Below, in pieces: positions 54,489-64,000 of a DNA stretch of 64,000 bases. The stretch is from positions 1,674,001 through 1,738,000 of the forward strand of contig OZ176056.1 in the NCBI GenBank assembly GCA_964247055.1, read 5' to 3'. The DNA comes from Paragordius varius. Its lineage: Eukaryota; Animalia; Nematomorpha. The number at the start of each line of letters is the position of its first letter. Position 1 is the stretch's first letter. The notes under the pieces are model-generated. The model saw only the letters and a program-made list of their open reading frames with translations. It did not search any database and was not told the origin of the DNA. The position numbers were made by a program, and so were the translations under genes.

Positions 54489-56329
54489 ATTGACACCGTA
54501 ACCTTATCAAAAAATGTGAAATTAAAAAAATAGAATGTTCTTATATAAACTCATACCGTATGAAATCAAAATTCAGACTTAGTTTGCAGGTAGATTAAAA
54601 TATTTTGTGAACCTTATTTATTCCTTTTATATCGTTTTTCATGATTCTTAAACATACATCGGGTGTTTAATTTGTAAAATATTATACATACAGATATGGC
54701 TTAAACAAATACTTAATTCAATAATAAATTAAATTATTGTCATAGTTTTGTAATTTCTGCAATTTTTATCAATATATAATCGTGATAAAAAATTTGGGCA
54801 ATATCGTACAACCTTTTGATTGAGTATTGACGGTCACTCTATCGTAAATTCTTTTAAAGTTTGTAATGTGTCAATAAATTAAAATAACCATATATTATAT
54901 TAAAGCGAATACGAATTCGAAAACATGAATTAAAACTAAAAAATTGGCTTGCACTTTAATAAATATATATTTATATTAACACTTACTATTCATTTCGTTC
55001 CACCGATTCAAATTTGTTTCTTTGACGGCTTGTTTAAAATTATTGCACTCATATAACATTAATGCCCCGAACTATGAAAAAATTCTTTTTAAAAACTTGA
55101 TATTTATTATCGGAAAACTTCAAGTTAAAAAATAGACAACATGACATGTGTACATTTACTAAATGTTAAATCGAATCAAACACCTTTTCCTGTTAATTAT
55201 GTTAGAAAGAATTAGCTTTAATTTTAGCGTAGAATCAAATAAAGACTTATCTTGCACAATATGAGATTTTTTTACTAGAACTTGACTTCCTTTAACTACC
55301 AGCACATAAAAATATTTTAATGAAATATATATATTGACAGTAAGGATTATTATTGTGTTTGAGTTTTAGGGCTTTCGAGGGATATCAAAAGTTATTTGTG
55401 TTGCTCCTTATCCCCAAATCGCAATATTACCAAAAATCAATTTTATGAGAGATAGGTATCACAAAATATCTTTAAATACATTTTTTTAATAAATGTAAAA
55501 TAATATTTATAGAAGTAGGTTCCAGAAGTCTACGAGCCAATTTTCTTTTAATAATGCAAAATTTAGTATAAAGTATTGCAAAGCTAGTTTTATGTATTAT
55601 ATTACGCAGCACACTTATACGATATTAATTCTAAAATATCTATTATTTAACACTCTAATCCAAATTGGGGTAACTAGTGATCACAGACCATATTTACATT
55701 AATCAAATTACTGGAATGGACGGTTCTAGTTTTTATCCTATTGATAAAAAAGGCTAAAACACATAAATTTTAAAAAAGTAAGGAATCACGCATTTATATA
55801 AATAGTTAAGAATGGCCAAAACGCGTATAAATAATTTTCAAAAAATAAATAGTTAATTTATTTAATAAATATCTAATTTTCGGTTATATTTGTATAACCT
55901 TTTTCAGGATAGAGAAACATTAAAATCTAATAAAAATAATATAAAATGGTGGTGATATGTGGTAAAGTTATTTATAACTAGTTAACAGTGAACATTACTG
56001 GAAAAATATAGTTATAAATACCTCTAATTACAGTCATGTATGTTTATAAATGATAAACATCCGTTTTTAATTGATTTTATTTTGTTTTTAATTGTTTACA
56101 ATAATTAGGCTATTATTATTTTAAGGCTTAAAAATGCGCATGTTGAAAGTTGACATATCAAACATCAAAACAATTAAGAAACAAAGTAAAATCAATTAAA
56201 AACGTATGTTTGACATTTATATATATACATGACTGTAATGGATGGATGGATTATACAATTGTATTATAATTAAGATTGTATAATCAACTGTGTTATGGTT
56301 GCATTTTAAAATATTATTTAATATTGTAA

Positions 56330-56815
56330 TTCTAGATGTTTGACAACACCACACCGTCGGCATGGTTAAGTGCATTTTGCTTTTTAATTTCGATAGCTTC
56401 ACGTTCGTTTTAAACGATTTTCTAGGTTAACCAATACTTCTGTTTTAGCTATGTGGCGACCTTGAGAACAAATGTTTTCAGCAAGACCGGAATTTAATTT
56501 ATTACACCATATGTATTGTGTATGTTCTTTTATTATTTTTGATGAATGGTGCCACCTGTTTCTCCGCATAAACACCATCACAGGAGCATCTAACTATATA
56601 AACACCTGGTCTTTTTTCGCGATTATATCTTTATAGATAAGTTTAGACATTGGTTTATATATTGTACGTATGTTAAATCTGTTTAATAGGTGACTGATTT
56701 TTTTCATTTTTAATGAAGGGTAGAGAGGTAGTTGCAACGAATTGATCATTTGATTGATGTTTAGCTGTGGTTTGATTGTGGATTCTATTGAAAAGCTGGG
56801 GGTGTTAGCCATTTT
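56330..56815 (-). pseudogene. Decayed Penelope-like retroelement C-terminus (GIY-YIG endonuclease)
   Basis: Frameshifted pieces LPLYPSLKMKKISHLLNRFNIRTIYKP, RPGVYIVRCSCDGVY, IIKEH...NSGLAE, EAIEIKKQNALN match the linker and GIY-YIG layout of PLEs. Confidence 0.8.
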
Positions 56816-56902
56816 GTTGGAAGGATGGTCTAAGATGGTTAATTTCGGGTCGCAGTGAGCTGGAGTCGCATACTTACCTTTGGGTTTACCTCTGAATAGG
56901 TA

Positions 56903-57062
56903 ATATCAAGTATTTTTAACTGAATTTATTTTTTAAAAATGTTATGCAAGTGCAAACTTTTGCCATGAATTTAATTTTTAAAAATCCTTAATTTTAAACA
57001 AGTCTGGGGTAAACTACTTCGATTCGAAACGAAAGATTGAAATGGTGTATCCAAATGTTAAT
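56903..57062. mobile_element. Family E, 3' fragment
   Basis: ATCAAGTATTTTT...AAGTGCAAACTTTTGCCATG...AAGTCTGGGG...GTATCCAAATGTTAAT matches the right end of copies 1 and 2. Confidence 0.7.
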
Positions 57063-57655
57063 GAAAAAGCTAACAGCTGATATTATATTTTAAAATGTTT
57101 TTTAAAACATTACTAATTGATTTTACTACACGAAACGTCAGTTATTGCTGAAACAAAAAAAAATATTTGCATACATTAGATTTTTTATGCGATAGAAAGG
57201 CTTTGCTTGCGTTTGGATAGAAAAATACTTTTAAAAAATTAAATGCAGAGAATTTCGTTGGATGTTGATAGCAAAAATTCACACAAATAAAGTGTTTAGT
57301 GTCATGTATTTAGAATTATCTAGTTTTAAAAAATCATGATCATCTAATAGCATCCAATTGATCGAAACATTGTTTTTTTAGAAATTTGTCAACCATATTT
57401 ATTCTATCATACTCTGACAAATCCTCGATTAGATTTATTAGTTTGTGCAAGGATTTGAGAAGATTTTTTTGATTATTAAAAACTTTTAGCGAGGTTGCGT
57501 CTTATAAACACCGCTCTTATCTGGTGACAATCTGATTTAATAAAATATATTCATATTCCAAACATGTATCCCCAAATAAAATATTTTAAGATTTTTTACT
57601 GGCATAGATACTTTTCGCCATCATCAAATAATTATTGCATTTCTTTATTCATATA

Positions 57656-57940
57656 CAGTAAATTGAAATTATACGGACAAAACTTGAAACTATAAAGACA
57701 AATATTTTTTTTAAATAGAGAACTATACTTTTTTACTGATATTTTTAAGTATAACTCATTGTTTTTTATTACTAAGTATAATATGGGAACGTTAATTGGT
57801 AACACAATTGATTGTGTATTTTACAAGTGTAATAAATCTTTTTTATAGGATAAATTAAATTTTAAAAAAGTATGGTTGCCTTTTGAAAAAAAATTGTCTT
57901 TATATTTTTACATTTTGTCCGTATAATTCTATTATTACTG
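57656..57940. mobile_element. Tc1/mariner-type MITE family C
   Basis: TA|CAGTAAATTGAAATTATACGGACAAAA ... TTTTGTCCGTATAATTCTATTATTACTG|TA. Confidence 0.8.
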
Positions 57941-58311
57941 TAATTATATACGGACTATTTTCGCTAGCCCCAGATGAGGGCCTGATCATAACCTTCATTA
58001 TTTTTTCGTCCGCATACAGGGAAATAATATTATACGGACTAAACGTAAAAACATAATAACAAGTGTTTTTTTCCAAAAACAAGCATACTTTTAAACCGTA
58101 TTTTTTCCTAAAAAATTATATATTAGAGTGGTAAAATATATAATTGATTGTTTTACTAATTTACATCTTTATTCCATTACTTGCAGTTTAAAACAATAAG
58201 TATTAATTAAAATATTAAGTTTAATGAATTTATGGCTATCTTTAAAAAAATATATGTTTTATACTAACAGTTGTTAACGTAAGATATGAAAGTATAAAAA
58301 AAAATTATAAA

Positions 58312-58414
58312 CGATATGTGAAACCCTTTGTCAATAGTAATCGCAGACTAGTTTCGTGCTTGTTAGCACTCATCAGTACGACACAACTATTTGACTTGGG
58401 GTTTTCACATATCG
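58312..58414 (-). ncRNA. Minimal type I hammerhead ribozyme in an extended hairpin
   Basis: Minus strand reads GUCGUA-CUGAUGA-GUGCU-AACA-AGCAC-GAAA-C-UA-G-UC/UGCGAU. All core nucleotides present; helix II 5 bp; helix I 6 bp, extended by GUCAAAUAGU/ACUAUUGAC and CGAUAUGUGAAA/UUUCACAUAUCG. Confidence 0.88.
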
Positions 58415-61400
58415 ATTTCGTATATATATCCAACTTTGCAATTTTGTATAAATGCAGTTGGTTATACAAATTTAAATTAAACTTAATGGATGAAAATTAA
58501 ACTGAAATTTGAAAAGAAACTGAAAATTAGTTTTTGTGTAATCAATTTCAACTGTAAATATCTGAGTTTCTTCAAGGTCAAAACCTTTGAACGCGAATTA
58601 TTCAAGTAAATTTATTGCTATATCTTAATTTCTATATATGTAGGATTTGCCCAAGTAGCTCTTTTAAAAAGGATGTTTTCTATATTTTTTTCTAATTTGA
58701 CATCTACCCCAGCCATTTAATTATGGGTTAATATTTCTATAAATCAGTTTTATTACCTATATATGATTAGTAGGAGCTGTAATTCACATAAAAATGGTTT
58801 CAATCTGGTGTAAACTATAAAAACCATATCCAGATTGTGCCACGATGAAAAAAGATACTTTCTTTTAACCAATTTATTGTTGAAAAATTCCTGTAAGTTT
58901 CCGGTTTTAAAACACAAAAAATCTTAGCCGAATCCAATTTTAATTTCTTTGTTCTTTGGATAAAGTTTTATGCCGTGTTTAAACTTTTTCTTTTTTTGGC
59001 ATAAAATGTTTTATTACTTTATTTTGGCAAGATACATTAGTTAGCTTTTGTAAATTATCTCGTTATCATATCGTTTTATTAGTAATAAAATATTAAATTT
59101 ATAAATTTTACAAAAAGCATAATTAAATTTTACAATAAATTTCTTAAACTCTAGACTATTTTTTGAAGATGATATCATCGTCTGTGTACCGATAATGATA
59201 GCAATAAAAATGATGCAACAATGTATCATAAACATACCAAAGGTATAAAAAAAGAGGTGTGTTCTCATGTTGAAAATATACTTACTTGAATTTTATTTTA
59301 TAAAAAACAAAACTAACGAGCAGGAGGGGGATTATATTGACACGGTTTATTAATATTTACTTTTTTAAATCATTAGATTGATTTCCAGTTTGTATTATTA
59401 AGGTTTTAAAGCAAGTGGTTTTTTACATTTTCCAATAATACATATTTAAATTATTTTTTCTAGAATTTTAAAAACCTTTTTAGGCCAATATATACATAAA
59501 ACTAATATGGTAAATTATTACGTCATCCGTTATAACTACGCTATTTTTTCCAATAAAACTTTTTGCCATATATAAAAGAGAATACAATGTATATTGCAAC
59601 TTTGTTGTATAAAAGTTTTAAAATGTCAATAATATATATATTAAACAGGGAGAAATCTGGTTTAAATCAGAAAACATAGTTTTACAAATACTAAATTATT
59701 TATTTACATATTATATACTATAAATTTCTGCATAGGTATTTAACTCATATTATATACACACCTCTATTGTTTATTTGTTATTACATCATTCTTTACATTT
59801 CCAAATCAACAAACACAATATTACACACGTATCCAATATTGATTTTTGCAATTTTTAAAATACTTATTTTCTGGAATATTCCTGTACGCAAAAGCCCAAA
59901 TAAACCCTTTGTCATTGTCGCTTCTATTTTTAAACATATGTTTTTTAAGTGTGACATTATCACGTAAAATCTATTAAACACGCGTATACACACCCCTTTT
60001 TATCTTACATTTCACAATTCTCTATTTTTATCATCGTATTTAAATCATTTTAAAAGAAATATATTTTTAGATTCATCAAAAATATCAATTTTTAAATATA
60101 TACATATATCATTTGATTAACCGAACTTATATTCGTTTCCGGACAATTTCATACAAGTAAATCAACTACAATCCGGTTTTATTCTGTCTTTAATATTTTT
60201 TTAACAAATAAACATTATAAAAATACAAAAACATCCTATTTCGCAACATTCTATAAAAAGGACCTAAAAAAATTTAAACTTAAATAATTTTTTGTAAATT
60301 AACATATCCCATTTAAATATAATGATTTCTGCCGCCACATTTATTTATAATTCCCTAACATGGAATCCATCTGAAGCTATATCAGCAAATGTTTCTTACA
60401 TTTACCGGAAAAGGGAAAAGGTTTGAATAAAATTTTATTTTTGATTTAAAATATTTTATATATAATTTAATATAAATTTTTATGTAACTAAAAATAAATT
60501 TGCTTTTAAATTTGTCGCCATTTGTAATTTTTTGCATGCATTCATAGACCACGCCTACAAAATGTACTATGACTCATTTCCGTATTGTCATTATGAAATT
60601 TGCTTTGGGCAATTTTTCGTTAAATATTTTAAAAATTTAAATTTAGATATATTTTTAGATTTTTTCATTTATAACTTATTTTATTAGATATAATGTGACC
60701 TTTAAAATATTAACAGGTTGGTACTTTTATATTTGATCACGTATTACTATTCTAATAAGCTATCGCTATTTACCTGCGTTTTTTATATGGAAAGGGGTGT
60801 TACCTTATACACACCTCACCTCCTTAAAACAAATATTTGAACTTTTTGTTTAATTTATGTTGAGATCTCTCTTTTTTGCCAAGGTCTGCAAAGTTTCGTT
60901 TAGAAGTTCAAGCTATATATTTTTAGGGAACTACCACAAAAAAATGTTTAAAAATTGTGTTTTCGAATATTTACATTAAATACACATTTTCTTGCTTCTT
61001 CCTGTTTTTATTTTTTCCTAATATTTGTTTAGCAAATTTTTATTGATTTAAGAAACTTTTTTTGTTAGCCAACAATAATATTTTTGGATTTGGAATAAAT
61101 TACATGGTGTGTTTATGGATCGTTTCTAAACTTAGTTAGGTGGTCTTATTTATGTATTGTATATATAAATATATATATGCGTCATATTTATCGATTTTTT
61201 ATTATATCATGACAAATATTTAATGTCATTTGATGTCCTAATTTTTGATAACTTTATTATAGCATTTTTATATTATAAATGAATATTTTATAAGTATCAG
61301 ATGTTTCAAAATTATTAATTAAGTGACAAATTTATAAGTAAGTTTTCCAGTTTAATTTTTTGTCAATATTAGCGATTGATTTTTAAAAATTATTTTAGTA

Positions 61401-62355
61401 AATTATTATTTAAAAGGTATATAAAAATTTCCATTCCGAAAGTTTTAAAATTTTAATATATTTTTATTGAATTTCCCTTTATTGTTTTGGCCTGGCCTGG
61501 GGTAATCAGCCCGTCCAATTTGTATCCAATTATTTAAAATGCAAGGAATATACAAATATTATGTAATATATATGTAAATTTTTGGAAGTAAATATATATA
61601 TATTTTTTTGTCTCATAAATGTTAAATTATTAAATAAAAAATAGATTTTACATTATAGTTAGAAAAAGGGGGTGTGGGGGTGTGTATTTACATACATATG
61701 CATAACGATAAAAAATATGATGAAAAACAATCAAAGATAAAATATATATAATTTTTTTTAATCAATAATTTATATAATTTTATTTTTATTTTATTGTAAA
61801 TCAATAATTTTTATTTTTTTGTTTTCGTAAATCCATTTGTTTCTTTTTGGGTGCCTATACACAATGAGTTTTGAAAAAAACACAAATCATTATATTTATA
61901 ATTTTTTACGTCATAACTGATATTTACAAAAAATTTATATTTTTAACTGGATATTAATTTCAAAAAAAGTTTATTTTTGTTTGTTTTCTTTATTTGGTGT
62001 TATCTTCAAAGTCAATTCAATGTACCATATCAATATTGTGCGTGACACAAATAAAATTTTTTAAACCACCCTACATAGGCACACACCCCAAAGGCAATTA
62101 TAATTAACGCTCTCTCCATAATTGATTTGATAAATTCACAACCATTTTTTTGTCATATATATTTTATTCCTTCTACACTTTGTTTGGTTGACAATCAAGT
62201 TTTCCTAAATATTCTTTATATTCTAAAATCGGATTTCACAGAGCTATTTTTATAGCTAATTATCGTATATTTCTTATATAATCACCCCATCTTTCATCTA
62301 ATTTATAAAAAGTTTAAAAATATGGAATTATTATTCAAATAAAAAACCATTGATA

Positions 62356-64000
62356 ATGATTGAAACGAGTTCAGATACATCGGCCAAATTTGGCAAAGAT
62401 GTCATATTTTATCAATCACATCAGCCACAAGATCTTTACAAACGACGTGAAAATGTATTGATTTCTTTTTTCAACAAAAATATTTTTATATATTCAAATA
62501 TTGTGTTTACATATAAAATCATGTTTAATTTATAAAATTTGGATAATGAAACTTAGTATTTTCACACTGGTAAATGTTTTTTTGTTGCCGATCACCTGAT
62601 ATTTTTGCTCTGATTTTTAGTGACGTAATAATATGTAATAGCGTATGTATTATTAAATACATGTATGATGCAAATTAAATACACCAAATATATTTATGCC
62701 ATACCAATCTAGCTTATTTGAATGTCAATAGTCAGTAATGATATTGATTAAGTATCAAAACGAAAATTTTATATAAAATTTAAACAAATATATATATCCT
62801 ATAGGTTGAAAAAGTTTTAGCGCCACTAAAACTCAGTCCTGAAACGTACGAACAAATTAGAGATCAAATCATAGCTGAATTTGTTAAGGGCCTAGGGAAA
62901 GAAACTAACAAAGATGCAACAATCAAAATGTTTCCATCATATGTTCGAGCTGTACCTGACGGAACAGGTTAATTGAAAGAATTAATTTTTTAAATTTCTC
63001 AAAATTTTGGGCAATTTAATGTTGCATATTTTATATTTACAAATTGAGTTGGTGTTTGCCCTTGATATTACTTTTTTATATGTGTGACGCAATGTCATAA
63101 ATAATTAAATGTATAATGTATGGGTTAGCAATTTAAGAAATTCGATACGTTTGTACATAAAATTATATAATAAGTAATATTTGAAATCTATTGATTTAAT
63201 TATAATTTTTTTTACAACTTTATTTTTTATGTAACAGAACAAGGCGATTTTTTGGCCCTTGATTTGGGAGGCACTAATTTTCGAGTCCTTAGAATAACGC
63301 TCGAAGGTAACAAAGTTAGCATGCAAAACAAAATTTACATGATTGCCAAAAAACTTATGAATGGTCCAGGAAGTGATGTAATACTTTTAAATTTTTTTCA
63401 AATCTATTTTTTGTCACCTAATTTTGTCATGCAGACGTGTTCCGATAATTTTGCTACAATTTTGTGCCCATTAGTTTAATTAAAAAAAAATGTTTTATGC
63501 CTATAAAATTAAGCATAATGAAATATCAATTTTGTGATAATTAATTAATGTTGAAAGCTAATAAGTTACAGCAATCAGAATAAAAATCAAAATTTAATCG
63601 TTTATCAATTTCATGGCCAAAAATAAAAAATTTTGATTATAGAATGCATCTTCAAAAAAACAGGAAATATTTGCTTTAAAAAGAACATTGGCATTTTTAC
63701 CCCTCAATAATTATTTGACTGTAAATTTAGATATTATAATTCAGATAATAACTTATTTACTTTGAATATTTATATCTTTAGCTATTTGATTATATTGGTG
63801 CCTGTTTGGCCGATTTCGTTAAAGAACAAGGTCTAGCTGGTCAAGCTCTACCTCTGGGATTCACTTTCAGTTTCCCTTGCAAACAAGAGGGCTTAACGCA
63901 TGCTCGACTAACGTCATGGACCAAAGGATTTACATGTCCAGGGGTCGTGGGGGAAGACGTTGTATTACTCTTACAAAAATCATTGGCAAAACATCCCGTA
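62356..64000 (+). CDS. Hexokinase, 5' part (continues beyond the window)
   Basis: Exons 62356-62454 (least certain), 62805-62967, 63238-63377, 63782-63997+. [73 protein letters not shown]. Confidence 0.93.

Noticed and set aside
56870-56879. ATACTTACCT, identical to the U1 snRNA 5' end
   Set aside because: The following sequence shows no U1 stem-loops or Sm site; it is the reverse complement of a consensus donor and plausibly chance.
1-64000. Non-standard genetic code
   Set aside because: The reconstructed genes translate cleanly with the standard code; conserved Trp is TGG and complete genes end in TAA or TGA.

Overview
Very AT-rich eukaryotic (metazoan-like, standard genetic code) DNA; the organism cannot be identified from this window. 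Six protein genes were rebuilt by hand from GT-AG exon chains that stay in frame: METTL16 (minus, intronless as far as visible, runs off the left edge), an RGS12/14/Loco-type RGS + tandem RBD protein (plus, 5' end unresolved), TAF5 (minus, 18 exons), XPNPEP1 (plus, 16 exons), mitochondrial GrpE (minus, 3 exons) and hexokinase (plus, runs off the right edge). Introns and intergenic DNA are full of non-autonomous DNA elements from at least six families. Main highlights: (1) a complete minimal type I hammerhead ribozyme inside a ~100-nt hairpin at 58312-58414 (minus), near a decayed Penelope-like GIY-YIG fragment on the same strand; (2) six obligatory micro-introns of 22-31 nt, all within 400 nt of a start codon, while the other 40 introns are 95-4317 nt; (3) only 7 of 46 donor sites have +5G; (4) METTL16, the U6 snRNA methyltransferase, carries a 166-aa segment in place of its ~34-aa RNA-binding loop; (5) TAF5 and XPNPEP1 start codons are head-to-head only 53 bp apart.
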